Of a stretch of DNA of 64,000 nt, positions 34,403-44,713 are shown one piece after another (within the stretch, counting starts at the first letter, position 1; every line of letters begins with the position of its first letter). Under the pieces are notes generated by a model. The model had not been told where the DNA came from. It was given only the letters and a program-made list of their open reading frames with translations, and searched no databases. This stretch comes from an uncultured Chloroflexia bacterium. GTDB lineage: Bacteria; Chloroflexota; Dormibacteria; Aeolococcales; Aeolococcaceae. The translations under genes were made by a program, and so were the position numbers. The stretch spans positions 42,513-106,512 of the forward strand of contig CAWDLK010000003.1 in assembly GCA_963803165.1 (NCBI GenBank). The letters run 5' to 3'.

Positions 34403-36643
34403 TCAGTGGGTTCGCGCGGCCGCGACGCCGGCGGATCTCCGGCGCCGGCGGCTCAGCAGGAAGCCGAGGATGCCGGCGACCAGCACGATCGCGACCCCGA
34501 CGCCCACCAGCAGCGGCATCGCGGATCCCGCAGGGGTCGAGGTGCCCACCAACTCGGCGACCATCTCGACGACACTGTTGTCGCTGTCGGTGATGTAGAT
34601 GTCGCCGGCGGCGTCCACCGCCACTGCCCAGGGAGAGGTGAGGTCGGAGCTGGTCGCCGGACCGGCGGTCGGCGCTCCCGCATCTCCGGTCCCCGCCACC
34701 ACCGAGAGAACCCCTGACCTGGTCACCTTCTCGACGACGCCGTTGCCGGAGTCGGCGATGTAGAGATTGCCCGCCGCATCCACCGTCACGCCGCCCGGTC
34801 CGGAGAGGTGAGAGTTGGTCGCCGGGCCAGGTGTCGGCGCGCCCTGGTCTCCGGTCCCCGCCACCACCGAGAGCATCCCCGACGTGGTCACCTTCTCCAC
34901 GACGTCATTGCCAGTGTCGGCGATGTAGACGTGGCCGGCGGCGTCCACCGCCACCCCTAGCGGATCGGAGAGGTCGGAGCCGGTCGCCGGACCGGGTGTC
35001 GGCTTCCCCGGGTCTCCGGTACCGGCGACCACCGAGAGAGTCCCCGACGGCGTCACCTTCTCGATGACGTCGTTGCCCGAGTCGGCGATGTAGACGTTGC
35101 CGGCGGCGTCCACCGCCACCCCGCTGGGGTGACCGAGCTCGGAGCTGGTCGCCGGGCCGGGTGTCGGCTTCCCCGGGTCTCCGGTGCCGGCCACCACCGA
35201 GAGCGTCCCCGAGCGGCTCACCCTCTCCACCACATCGTTGGCGGTGTCGGCGATGTAGAGGTCTCCGACGGCGTCCACTGCAACCGCGGAGGGAAAGTCG
35301 AGGTCGGAGCTGGTCGCCGGGCCGGGGGTCGGCTGACCGAAGCGCCCGGAGCCGGCCGCCACCGAGAGCGTCCCGGATGGCGTCACCTGCTCCACCACGC
35401 TGCGGTCGGCGTCTGTGATGTAGAGGTTGCCATCGGCGCCCACCGCAACCCCACCGGGCTCGTCGAGCTGGGAGCCGATCGCCGGGCGGGGGGCGGGCAA
35501 TCCGACTTTTGCGGTCCCCGCCACCACCGAGAGCAGCCCCGATGGCGTCACCTTCTCCACCACGTTGTTGTCGGCGTCGGCGATGTAGAGGTCGCCGGCA
35601 GCATCAACCGCCACCGCGGTGGGCGTGCCGAGGTCGGAGCTGGTCGCCGGGCCGGGGGTCGGCGCCCCCAGCGTCCCGGTCCCGGCCACGACCGCGAGCA
35701 TCCCCGATGGCGTCACTTTCTCCACCACGTGGGCGAGGAAGTCCGCGATGTAGAGGTTGCCCGCCGCGTCCACCGCCAGCCCCTCGGGCAGGCCGAGGGC
35801 GGCGCTGGTCGCTGGCCCGGGTACCGGCGCTCCCAATCCGCTGCGTCCGGTCCCGGCCACCACCGAGAGCGTTCCCGAGTGCGTCACCTTCGCCACAACG
35901 TTGTAGTCGGTGTCGGCGATGTACAGGTTGCCGGCGGCATCCACCGCCACGCCGTAGGGCTCGCCGAGGCGGGAGCTGGTCGCCGGTCCCGGAGTTGGCG
36001 CTCCCGGACGGTCAGTCCCGGCCACCACCGACTCCTGCCCCGACGCCGTAACCTCCTCGATCTCGTCGCTGTCGATGCTCGCGATGAAGAGGTTGCCGTC
36101 GGCATCCTCCGCCACCGCGTTGGGAGCCCCGCCCGCCTGCCCGAGCCCGGCGGCCACCGACAGCGTCCCGGATGGCGTGACCTTCTCCACCATGTTGTTC
36201 CCGTTGTCGGCGATGTACAGATTGCCGGAGCCGTCCACCGCCAGTCCGCTCGGCCCCTCCAGCTCGGAGCTGGTCGCCCGACCGGGTGTGGGCTTCCCCA
36301 CGCGACCGTCCCCGGCCACCACCGACAGCCTCCCCGACGGGGTCACCCTCTCCACCACGTCCCTGCCGCTGTCGGCGATGTAGAGGTTGCCGGCGGCGTC
36401 GACTGCCACTCCATAGGGACGGTCGAGCTCGGAGCTGGTCGCCCGGCCGGGCGTGGTCCCGGCCACGACGCAGAGATCACGGACCTGGGCGGTGCAGGCC
36501 GGGCCCTCTCGGCCGCCGCTCGCCGCGACCTGAGGGGCGCCCGGCAGCGTTGCGACCAGCAGCACCAGGGCGGCCGCCAGCAGAGCCGCTTGCCCGGGGC
36601 CCTCGCCGAAGGTGCCGGCCCTCAGCTGGACGGCGATGCGCAT
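34403..36643 (-). CDS. NHL-repeat cell-surface protein (signal peptide, ~13 NHL repeats, C-terminal TM anchor)
   Basis: Repeated GVAVDAAGNLYIAD(S/T)GN(D/N)VVEKVTPSG(T/L)LSVVAGTG units; N-terminal signal-like LLAAALVLLVATLPGAPQVAA; C-terminal LLVGVGVAIVLVAGILGFLLSRRRRR. Confidence 0.8.
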   Translation of the reverse strand: MRIAVQLRAGTFGEGPGQAALLAAALVLLVATLPGAPQVAASGGREGPACTAQVRDLCVVAGTTPGRATSSELDRPYGVAVDAAGNLYIADSGRDVVERVTPSGRLSVVAGDGRVGKPTPGRATSSELEGPSGLAVDGSGNLYIADNGNNMVEKVTPSGTLSVAAGLGQAGGAPNAVAEDADGNLFIASIDSDEIEEVTASGQESVVAGTDRPGAPTPGPATSSRLGEPYGVAVDAAGNLYIADTDYNVVAKVTHSGTLSVVAGTGRSGLGAPVPGPATSAALGLPEGLAVDAAGNLYIADFLAHVVEKVTPSGMLAVVAGTGTLGAPTPGPATSSDLGTPTAVAVDAAGDLYIADADNNVVEKVTPSGLLSVVAGTAKVGLPAPRPAIGSQLDEPGGVAVGADGNLYITDADRSVVEQVTPSGTLSVAAGSGRFGQPTPGPATSSDLDFPSAVAVDAVGDLYIADTANDVVERVSRSGTLSVVAGTGDPGKPTPGPATSSELGHPSGVAVDAAGNVYIADSGNDVIEKVTPSGTLSVVAGTGDPGKPTPGPATGSDLSDPLGVAVDAAGHVYIADTGNDVVEKVTTSGMLSVVAGTGDQGAPTPGPATNSHLSGPGGVTVDAAGNLYIADSGNGVVEKVTRSGVLSVVAGTGDAGAPTAGPATSSDLTSPWAVAVDAAGDIYITDSDNSVVEMVAELVGTSTPAGSAMPLLVGVGVAIVLVAGILGFLLSRRRRRSAGVAAARTH

Positions 36644-37233
36644 CCGGAGGAGCAGAGCTGCCCGGCGATGGTCGACGCCACGGGCTCGACCGCAGACAGC
36701 AGGGACGATCCGCTGCGGCTCGAAGCCTTGACCGCGATCACCACCAGGGTGTTGCCAGCGACAAAGCCGAGGCCTGCGCTGTTCGCCTCCGTCTCCCCGT
36801 AGGCCGACGACCCGATCCCGGAGACCGGCTGATAGCTGGTGGAGCTGCCGGCGTGAGAGGCGATGGCCAACTCAATGTCGGAGAGCGAGGTATCGCCCGA
36901 GGCGGGCTCCTCGAAGACGAGCACCTCGGCGACGATGTGGCCCCCACCGCTCTGGCTGTAGTCGCAGAGGTCGGATGTGTTGACCAGCACGGGGATGCTG
37001 GAGTCCCCGGTGATGGTCGCCGCCTGGGACTGGGTCACCATGGTGCAGGCCGCGATGACGACGGGCGACGGGGTGCTCGACGGGCTGGGGGACGGAGTGG
37101 GCGTGGGGGTGGCCGGCCTCGGTGTGCTCGAGCCGCCGCACGCCGAGATGGCCAGCGCCGCCGCCACGGCAAGGACGGAACCCGTCGACAGGAACCTGGT
37201 GCTCACAGTGGTGCCTCCCTCTGTTGCCATCAT
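36622..37233 (-). CDS. hypothetical lipoprotein with Pro/Thr/Ser-rich linker
   Basis: Lipobox AALAISACGGSS, then PTPTPSPSPSSTPSP linker and a globular domain; start moved to MMATEGG. Confidence 0.55.
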   Translation of the reverse strand: MMATEGGTTVSTRFLSTGSVLAVAAALAISACGGSSTPRPATPTPTPSPSPSSTPSPVVIAACTMVTQSQAATITGDSSIPVLVNTSDLCDYSQSGGGHIVAEVLVFEEPASGDTSLSDIELAIASHAGSSTSYQPVSGIGSSAYGETEANSAGLGFVAGNTLVVIAVKASSRSGSSLLSAVEPVASTIAGQLCSSGCASPSS

Positions 37234-37347
37234 CGTAGCCGGCTCCCTGCGGCCGGGCAAGGAGGCGGCCACCCCCCTGCCGGTGGTGTCTCCCTCCCGG
37301 GCGCCGGGGTGCGTCCACGCCGGCGCGGCTCGACTTGTCCTCGACCT

Positions 37348-37895
37348 CTACCTTCTCGGCTCGTACCGCATCGCCACTGCCCCCGAGCCGAACTCCAGCC
37401 GGCCAACGAGCTTCAAGTCGACCGGCCTCGACACGCCCGCGAACAGCCTCGGCCCGTGGCCCGCGAGCCTGGGGTGCACCACGAACTCGTACTCGTCGAT
37501 CAACCCCAGCTCCGTCAGCGCCAGGGGGAGCTTCACACCTCCCACCAACAGTCCCGTGCCCGACTCCCGCTTGAGTTGCTGAACGGCCTCGCCCAGATCC
37601 CCGCGCACGAGCTCCGAGTTCCAATCGACCTGCTCCAGGGTGCTCGACACGACGTACTTCCTCGCCGCGTCGATGGTCTGGGCGAAGGGCTCCATCCAAT
37701 CAGGTCTCGCCCCCTGGGCGCCGGCGGCCGCCACGCTGATTCCATCATCTGGCAGGTCACCCGGCCAAAGAGCAGGGCATCGGCCTGACGGAGGTTCTCG
37801 GCCGCGTGACGATGCAGGTCTTCGTCCGCGGGGATCGCTCGGTGATCGCAGCACCCGTCCACCGTGACATTGATGGAGTACCGAAGGGGTCGCAT
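37348..37895 (-). pseudogene. dihydrofolate reductase-family (RibD C-terminal domain-like) gene split by a frameshift near a G5 run (~37705-37730)
   Basis: N-terminal part in one frame (MRPLRYSINVTVDGCCDHRAIPADEDLHRHAAENLRQADALLFGRVTCQMMESAW) and C-terminal part in another (PDWMEPFAQTIDAARKYVVSSTL...LLVGGVKLPLALTELGLIDEYEFVVHPRLAGHGPRLF); junction at cccagggggcgagacc. Confidence 0.5.
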
Positions 37896-38080
37896 CTCAC
37901 AAGACTACCCCGAGGTGGGCGGCGTGCCCCCGCTCGACCCGGTCCCGAGGCCATGTCCCAATTCCACCAGGGCTATCGAGCCCCCGCGTCTCCACCGTGA
38001 TCCCGGTTGATTGCACCGAGACCACGAGTGATCCGCCGGCCACCACTGCCCAGATTGGCCGGTGCTAGAATCGCCCCGCG

Positions 38081-38998
38081 ATGCCGGACTGGCTCCGCCC
38101 CTTCCGCCGGATGGTGGGTGGACGACGTCCGATGCTGCTGGCCTCGGCTGTCCTGGCGTCGATGACCGCGGCGTGCGCGTCGCTCTCGACCGCGCCCACG
38201 CACAGCGCTGCCACCCGCACACCCTCGCAGCCGTCCACGCCTACCGCTTCCCCCCCGGCGATCCCGTGGATCCCCAACTCGGAGGATCAGGTCACGGTGC
38301 AGGCAATCGCCCTGACTGCCGCCGAACTCAGCCCCTTCTCTGTCCACCCACCCATAGCCGCCGTTCCCGCAGCTGCTCCGTCGGGGTGGACCGTGATTGC
38401 GGATGAGCCTCTCGACTTTGCGCAGCCGAGCAGCCCCGCGTGTCTCAACGTGGTGTCCCCATACACAGCCGGATGGTATCGGGCCTACAGCTATGACCTC
38501 GAGCCGAACGACGCTGAGGAGGGGCATGGGGTCCTGGACGTGTTCGCTCAGGAGAACGCGGCTGCCGTCACCGCCGAGCAGGCTCAGGTGGCGACTCCGG
38601 CGTATTCCGAATGCTACGCGGGTCAGGTCGGCGGCGACATCGCCGGCACCGGGGCGTCGGTTGCCGGGCCGGTCACCGAACAGGCCGAGAGCATCGACGC
38701 CGGTGTGCCCAGCGTCATGCGTCTGTACACCTTCCCCTACCTCTACCTCGGCGAGACCATGACCAACTACAACTCGGTGATCTGGCTCGCATATGGCCGC
38801 TATCGGGCCATCCTCGATCTCTGGACCTGCTGCGGCCTCCCACCCGTCTCCGACTTCACCGCGGACGTCCAGCTCTTGGGCGCGCGGATGCGAGCTGCAC
38901 CGGCCGGGTCCGGTACCACTCTCGAGGCGACCCATCCGAGCTACCCGACCGACGCGCCGAGGACCCGCGAGAGGCGCGCGAACCTCCTGGTCAGATAG
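38081..38998 (+). CDS. hypothetical lipoprotein
   Basis: Signal peptide plus lipobox LASMTAAC; Ala/Pro-rich linker; C-terminal domain with WTCCG motif; start may be at a downstream Met (38111). Confidence 0.55.
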   Translation: MPDWLRPFRRMVGGRRPMLLASAVLASMTAACASLSTAPTHSAATRTPSQPSTPTASPPAIPWIPNSEDQVTVQAIALTAAELSPFSVHPPIAAVPAAAPSGWTVIADEPLDFAQPSSPACLNVVSPYTAGWYRAYSYDLEPNDAEEGHGVLDVFAQENAAAVTAEQAQVATPAYSECYAGQVGGDIAGTGASVAGPVTEQAESIDAGVPSVMRLYTFPYLYLGETMTNYNSVIWLAYGRYRAILDLWTCCGLPPVSDFTADVQLLGARMRAAPAGSGTTLEATHPSYPTDAPRTRERRANLLVR

Positions 38999-39038
38999 CC
39001 GGTGAGGGCGCACCACATTCCAGAGACCAGCAGCACCA

Positions 39039-41423
39039 TCACGCCGCTCTCCCGCCGGCCCGAGGCTCGTAGGTCGTGAGCGAGACCGGGGCACCTGCCG
39101 GGGTCGGGGTGGGCGCCGGAGTGGGGCTGGGTCCGGCCGACGGCGACGGGCCGGGCGACCCGCTGGGGGTGGGCGCCGGGCTGGGCGACGACGTCGGGCT
39201 GGGGCTCGCCGTGGGCGAGGGGGTGGGCGTGGGGCAGGGCGATGATCCGCCGCCGGTGCACTCGGGGAGGACGCCTGCGGGCGGCATGAAGGGCTGCGGC
39301 CGCGGCAGCGACACGGTGAAGGGCTCGTCGATGTAGCGCGCAGGCCCGGTGGTCCCCCAGATGTTGTCCATCGACACCTGCCGGTTCTGCGCCCCGTCGG
39401 TGTTGCCCACCCAGGTGGCCACCACCCAGCTCGGCGTGTACTCCATGTACCACGCGTCCAGGTAGCTGTCGGTCGTCCCCGACTTCCCGGCGGTGGGCCA
39501 GCGGAAGTCCAACCCCCAGTAGCCCGGATAGCCACGCAGGATCTGGGTGATGCTCCACGCCTGGGCGGCGGTCATCACCTGACGCTGACCCGGGTCGCTC
39601 GCGGGGGCGCTCCAAAGGGTGTCGCCGCTGGCGTCGGTGACCTTCAGGATCGTCTGCGGGGTCACGGTGTGCCCGCCGTTGGCGAAGGCGGAGTAACCGA
39701 CCGCCTGGTCGAGCACCGACGTCGCCGAGCTCCCGATCGCCGAGCTGAGGTCATCCGCGATCGGGGTGGTCACCCCGACGGAGTGGGCAAAGGCGATGAT
39801 CTTGGACATCCCGATCATCTGGGCGGCCTGCTCGGTCGCGATGTTGCGAGAGTGGAGCAGCGCAGTGGCCGCGGTGATGTCCCCCTCGTACCCCCGGTCC
39901 CAGTCCTGGACCCCACCGAGGGCCCGGGACTCCGCGGCCGTGTCCTGGAGAATGGTGTTCGGGGTGATGGTGCCGTCCTGGAAGCCGGTCTCGTAGACGT
40001 ACGGTTTGAAGGACGACCCCGGCTGCAACCCGTCCAGGGTGACGAAGTCGTCCTCGCCGTCGATGGCCGGGTCGTCGTAGTTCGCCGATCCCACCCAGGC
40101 CAGCACCTGGCCGCTGCTCGGATCCATCATCAGGAGGGCCGCGTTGTTGGCCCCGCCGCCCATCCGCGCCAGGCCTTCCTGCACGGCGGTGTCGGCGTCC
40201 TCCTGGTAGGTCAGATCGAGGGTGGTGGTCACCGTCAGGCTTCCGAGGAAGGCGCCCGGCTCATCCTCGAGGAGCTGGGGCAGCTCGTCCTCGACGTACT
40301 GCACGAAGTGGGGGGCGGGGCCGACCTGCGGCGCCTGCCCATGGGCCAGGTCGGCCTGGATCGCCGCCCGGTTGGTCGCGTCGGGGCTGCCGTCCGCGTC
40401 GAGCGGGTCGACGGCGCGAGCTGCTGCCTCGGTCACCTCGCCGGACGCGACCAGCGCGGTGAGCACGTAGTCCATGCGGCTGTAGGCGCCGTTCGGGTTG
40501 ACGTAGGGGTCGTACGACGACGGCGCCTGGGGGAGGCCGGCGAGCATCGCCGCCTCACCCAGGTCGAGCTGGGAGGCGGGCTCGCCGAAGTAGCGCTCCG
40601 CCGCCTCCTGGATGCCGTAGGCATCCTCCCCGAAGTAGGTCAGGTTGAGGTACATGTTGAGGATCTGCGCCTTCGAGTACTGGCCGGCCAGCTGCTGGGC
40701 GAGCAGGGCCTCGCGCACCTTGAGCAGCACCGACTTGGCGGCGCCCTGGCCGTAGAAGGCCTCCTTGGCGACCTGCTCGGTGATCGTGCTCGCACCCTGA
40801 GCGGGGCTGCGCAGGATGACGTCCACCACCAGCGCCTTGAGGATCCGGGCCGGGTCGAAGGCCCCCTCGGAGTAGAAGTTCCGGTCCTCGGCGGCAACGA
40901 TCGCGTCCTGCATGATCGGGGCGATCTGCTGGAGCGGGACGTCGGCGCGCTTCTCCCCGTTGTCACCGACCTCGCCCAGCAGCCTCCCATCCCGGTCGAC
41001 GATGCGGATGGTGCCCGTCGCCGCCCCGATGGCGTCGAGGTTGGGGAGGGTCATCGCCGCGTAGAGGACCAGTCCCCCCAGGACGGCGATGATGCCCACG
41101 ATCGCGCCGCCCCCGAGCCAGAGCCCCCGGCGCAGGGGGGATCGGCGTCGCCACCAGCGCCCGGCGCGGCTGCGCAGCCCCGCCTGCAGGCCGGCTCGAC
41201 GCCGGCGCGGCCTGCCCAGCCCGGGGCCCGACCCGATCGCGGGCGGCCGCATCGCACCACCGCCCTCTCCCGTCGCGTCGATCCCCTCCCCCGGACCATC
41301 CAACCTCATTGTCCCTTCCTCGTGTGGCCACGCTCGGCAAGGCGGCCGGCGTGGTCCGCGGTGATCACGGGGCTCTCCGTCCGGGACCTCCCACGGATCG
41401 GCGATGGCGACCACCCTGGCCAA
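39039..41423 (-). CDS. class A penicillin-binding protein (bifunctional glycosyltransferase GT51 / D,D-transpeptidase) with Pro/Ser/Thr-rich C-terminal tail; start uncertain
   Basis: GT51 motifs IVAAEDRNFY, TITEQVAK; transpeptidase SxxK (SSFKP), SxN, KTG (KSGTT); TM helix near residue 100; true start probably an internal Met (MRLDG or MRPPA). Confidence 0.85.
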   Translation of the reverse strand: MARVVAIADPWEVPDGEPRDHRGPRRPPCRAWPHEEGTMRLDGPGEGIDATGEGGGAMRPPAIGSGPGLGRPRRRRAGLQAGLRSRAGRWWRRRSPLRRGLWLGGGAIVGIIAVLGGLVLYAAMTLPNLDAIGAATGTIRIVDRDGRLLGEVGDNGEKRADVPLQQIAPIMQDAIVAAEDRNFYSEGAFDPARILKALVVDVILRSPAQGASTITEQVAKEAFYGQGAAKSVLLKVREALLAQQLAGQYSKAQILNMYLNLTYFGEDAYGIQEAAERYFGEPASQLDLGEAAMLAGLPQAPSSYDPYVNPNGAYSRMDYVLTALVASGEVTEAAARAVDPLDADGSPDATNRAAIQADLAHGQAPQVGPAPHFVQYVEDELPQLLEDEPGAFLGSLTVTTTLDLTYQEDADTAVQEGLARMGGGANNAALLMMDPSSGQVLAWVGSANYDDPAIDGEDDFVTLDGLQPGSSFKPYVYETGFQDGTITPNTILQDTAAESRALGGVQDWDRGYEGDITAATALLHSRNIATEQAAQMIGMSKIIAFAHSVGVTTPIADDLSSAIGSSATSVLDQAVGYSAFANGGHTVTPQTILKVTDASGDTLWSAPASDPGQRQVMTAAQAWSITQILRGYPGYWGLDFRWPTAGKSGTTDSYLDAWYMEYTPSWVVATWVGNTDGAQNRQVSMDNIWGTTGPARYIDEPFTVSLPRPQPFMPPAGVLPECTGGGSSPCPTPTPSPTASPSPTSSPSPAPTPSGSPGPSPSAGPSPTPAPTPTPAGAPVSLTTYEPRAGGRAA

Positions 41424-41591
41424 TCGCCCATGGGGACAACGCGGGCGGTACCGGCCAGGGTTTCGCTCGCCTCAGATCCGCCCCGCCGCCCAGCGAATCC
41501 CTGACGCGATCGCAACAGATGGGCAATGATCTCGTGACGCTGCCCCACGCCCGCGGTGGCGCTCCTCCGTGCGCACCAGAATGGGCACGCC

Positions 41592-42575
41592 ATGACGATG
41601 GATCCCACTCGCCGAGTGATCGGCATCGACATCGGGGGCACCTTCGGGACGGGCATGAGGGGAGCGCTGGTGGGCGGCGACGCGTCGCTCATCGCGAGGA
41701 AGGACGGGATCACCCCGCGGACGAGCCCAGACGACCTGATCGCGGCCATCGCGACCATGACCGGCCGGCTCGCCGAGATAGCCCAGCGGGACGGGACGCC
41801 CGTGGCCGCGGTGGGGATCGCCGTCCCGGGGCTCGTCGACGAGGCATCGGGGATGGTCCATCGCAGCCCGAACCTGAAGCTGCAGGACGTCCCCCTGGGC
41901 CAGATCCTCCGGGACAAGCTGCGGCTGCCGGTCTTCCTGATGCACGACGCCAGTGCCGGTGCGCTGGCCGAGTACTCCGTCGGGGTCGGTCGCTCGGTGT
42001 CCGACATGCTGCTCGTGGTGACCGGAGTGGGCGTCGGCAGCGCCGTCATCAGCGGCGGCCGGGTCCTCCGAGGAGCCCACGGCGCCGCGGGAGAGATCGG
42101 GCACATCTCGATCGACCCGGCCGGGATGATCTGCGGCTGTGGCGGCCACGGCTGCGTCGAGACCTACGCCTCGGAGACCTCCATCGCCCGTCGTTACACG
42201 ATGGCGGCCAAGGAGGCGATCCTCCCCGAGGAGGTCATCGCCAAGGCGGCAGAGGGCAATCCCGCCGCCGCCCGCGTCTGGAACGAGGCTTTGGGCGCGC
42301 TGGCGACAGTCATCGCCACCGCGGTGGCGCTCATCGACTGTGAGCTGGTGGTCCTCTCCGGCACCATGGGGATCACCTCGGGAGCGCTGGAGCCGCTCGG
42401 CACCCTGCTCGCCAAGAGGATCAACCTGGTCCAGCTCCCCCGCATCGAAGTCGGTGCCCTGGGTGGCCTCGCCGGGGTGATCGGAGCTGCCGCCCTCGGC
42501 TTCGAGCGCGGCGGGGTCGGCCACGCCACCCGCGAGTGGCGCGAGGCGGGCCGCATCCCAGCCGGCATCGCGTAG
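41592..42575 (+). CDS. ROK family sugar kinase (glucokinase-like)
   Basis: N-terminal GIDIGGT ATP-binding motif; ROK zinc motif CGCGGHGCVE; start placed at the internal Met. Confidence 0.8.
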   Translation: MTMDPTRRVIGIDIGGTFGTGMRGALVGGDASLIARKDGITPRTSPDDLIAAIATMTGRLAEIAQRDGTPVAAVGIAVPGLVDEASGMVHRSPNLKLQDVPLGQILRDKLRLPVFLMHDASAGALAEYSVGVGRSVSDMLLVVTGVGVGSAVISGGRVLRGAHGAAGEIGHISIDPAGMICGCGGHGCVETYASETSIARRYTMAAKEAILPEEVIAKAAEGNPAAARVWNEALGALATVIATAVALIDCELVVLSGTMGITSGALEPLGTLLAKRINLVQLPRIEVGALGGLAGVIGAAALGFERGGVGHATREWREAGRIPAGIA

Positions 42576-42627
42576 AGGCAGCGGTCCCCGCGCCAGGGTG
42601 GCGCAACCCTCTCCCGGCGCACGCCTC

Positions 42628-43359
42628 TCAGCGAGCACCCACCAGGGCAGCCGCGGCGACCGGTGAGCCGCCGCGCTCCACCCGCTCGTCGCCGACCAGA
42701 TGGCCGTCGCGGAGATGGATGATGCGGTCGGTCCGCGCGGCGAGGTCGAGGTCGTGGGTGACGATCAGGAAGGTGACCCGGCTCTCCCGGTTGATCCGGC
42801 GCATCAGCGAGAGCAGCATCTCCGCGGTCTCGGTGTCGACCTCGCCCATCGGCTCGTCGCCGAGCACCAGGGTGGGCTGGCCGATGAGCGAGCGCGCGAT
42901 GGCCACGCGCTGCTGCTGACCGCCGGACAGCTCGGAGGGCCGGTGCGAGGCGCGGTCGCCGAGGCCCATCTCCTCGAGGAGCAGCTCGGCCCGGCGGTGC
43001 CCGGCGCGGCGGTCGGCGCCGGAGTATCGGAGGGGCAGCAGCACGTTCTCGATCGCGGAGAGGGTGGGCAGCAGGTTGAACTCCTGGAAGATGAAGCCGA
43101 TCCGGCGGCTGCGCAGCTCGGCCCGCTCGCCGTCGCCCAGCCCGCCCGTGTCCACCCCGTCGAGGAGCACGCGCCCCGCGGTGGGCCGCATCAGCAGCCC
43201 GGCGCAGTCGAGCATGGTGGTCTTGCCGCTGCCGGAGCGTCCGACCACGGCGACGAACTCGCCCTGCTCGATCTCCAGGCTCACGCCCTCGAGCGCCTTG
43301 ACCACCTGGGTGGCGCGTCCGTAATGCTTGGTCAGGCCTTCCAGCCGCAGGGTGGGCAT
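42628..43359 (-). CDS. ABC transporter ATP-binding protein (MacB/LolD/FtsE-like)
   Basis: Walker A GRSGSGKTT, signature LSGGQQQRVAIAR, Walker B LVLGDEP. Confidence 0.9.
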   Translation of the reverse strand: MPTLRLEGLTKHYGRATQVVKALEGVSLEIEQGEFVAVVGRSGSGKTTMLDCAGLLMRPTAGRVLLDGVDTGGLGDGERAELRSRRIGFIFQEFNLLPTLSAIENVLLPLRYSGADRRAGHRRAELLLEEMGLGDRASHRPSELSGGQQQRVAIARSLIGQPTLVLGDEPMGEVDTETAEMLLSLMRRINRESRVTFLIVTHDLDLAARTDRIIHLRDGHLVGDERVERGGSPVAAAALVGAR

Positions 43360-43369
43360 CTCGTGTCTC

Positions 43370-44566
43370 CTACTGATTGCGCAGCGCGCGGACGGGGTCC
43401 ATCCGCGCGGCGCGGACGGCGGGAAGCAGGCCGGCGAAGGCGCCCAGCGCCACCGCGAAGCCGATGGCGAGCGCGGTCAGGCCGGGGGTGACCAGGAAGA
43501 GCCCCCCGCTCGGGTCGCTGCCGTTGAGCAGCTCGGTGAGGAGGAAGCCGAGCAGGTAGCCGACCACCCCTCCGATCAGCCCGATCAGGGCGGCCTCGGC
43601 GACGAACTCGGTGAGGATGTGGCGGGTGCGGGCCCCGACCGCCTTCTTGAGCCCGATCTCCCGCACCCGCTCGCTCACCGACATCAGCATGGTGTTGACC
43701 ACCGAGAGGCCCCCGATGATCAGCGCCAGCATGGCGGCGGCGGTGGTCATGAAGGTGAACACCGCACCCCCCGCCTTGAAGCTGTTGACGAGGGTGCTGG
43801 GCTTGGTCGCCTTCACCGTCGGGACCTGGTCGGTGATCCGATCGGCCAGGGTGTCGAGATTGACCCCGGACTTGCCGTAGGCCACGGCGCCCGAGACGAC
43901 CTGGTAGGGATCGACACCGCCGGTCAGCGCCGTGGAGAGGCTGTCACCCTGGATCATCTGAGCGTCGTGGAGGCTGACGTAGGCTCCGCTGTCCGGAGCC
44001 GTGAGGGTCTGGTTGATGATGCCGACCACGGTGAAGCGGTGGTCGACGAAGTCGGGCTTGGCGTCGCTGGGCCGCACCGGCAGGTAGATGCTGTCCCCCA
44101 CCTTCATGTGGAACTCACTGGCCATCGAGGAGCCCAGGTCCACCTGGCCCCGTGAGGCGTCATCCACCCAGCTGCCCTGAGCGAGCGACATCTTGAACGC
44201 GGAGTACCGATTCTCGGCGGGGTCCCAGTTGGCGATGTAGTCCGGGATCCCGAAGCTCATCACGTCCGTCGATCCGGGCTTGGCGTCGACCATGACCTCC
44301 GGGAACACCGCCGCCACCCCCGGAACCTTGGCGATCCGGGCTGCCGTGGAGAGGTCCATCAGACTGCCGCCCATGGCGAAGCTGGACCCCTTGTCGTCGG
44401 CGACCTGGATGCTGTTGCCGTAGTAGATGATCCCGCCCCCGATGAGGGTGTCGAAGTGCTCCGCCATGGCGCCCATGGTGGTGAGGGCGAAGATCCCCAT
44501 CACGATCCCGATGACGGTGAGCGAGGTGCGCAGCTTCCGCCGCCAGAGGTTGCGGAAGATCTCCAT
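43370..44566 (-). CDS. ABC transporter permease (FtsX/MacB-like, periplasmic domain between TM1 and TM2)
   Basis: MEIFRNLWRRKLRTSLTVIGIVMGI N-terminal TM, large extracytoplasmic domain, C-terminal 3 TM with VGARTRHIL FtsX-like motif. Confidence 0.85.
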   Translation of the reverse strand: MEIFRNLWRRKLRTSLTVIGIVMGIFALTTMGAMAEHFDTLIGGGIIYYGNSIQVADDKGSSFAMGGSLMDLSTAARIAKVPGVAAVFPEVMVDAKPGSTDVMSFGIPDYIANWDPAENRYSAFKMSLAQGSWVDDASRGQVDLGSSMASEFHMKVGDSIYLPVRPSDAKPDFVDHRFTVVGIINQTLTAPDSGAYVSLHDAQMIQGDSLSTALTGGVDPYQVVSGAVAYGKSGVNLDTLADRITDQVPTVKATKPSTLVNSFKAGGAVFTFMTTAAAMLALIIGGLSVVNTMLMSVSERVREIGLKKAVGARTRHILTEFVAEAALIGLIGGVVGYLLGFLLTELLNGSDPSGGLFLVTPGLTALAIGFAVALGAFAGLLPAVRAARMDPVRALRNQ

Positions 44567-44713
44567 GTCAGCTCTCCTGATTCCGGTCCACGGCGCGGGA
44601 TGCTACGGGGTGGCGTGATCGATCCACCATCGGGTAAGTCCCTGGAAATCCCCTGACCCCGCCCTCGCAGGGTCAGGGATTCGACCCTGGCGCAACCCTC
44701 CGGGAGGGTCCGC

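Noticed and set aside
34831-39535. Long plus/minus ORFs 34831..36802(+), 36286..37788(+), 37973..39535(-)
   Set aside because: Shadow frames of the NHL-repeat gene, lipoprotein, DHFR pseudogene and the 38081 lipoprotein. Dominated by R/P/G.
39669-42638. ORFs 39669..41504(+), 41309..42343(+), 41472..42638(-)
   Set aside because: Antisense or alternate frames of the PBP and ROK kinase genes.
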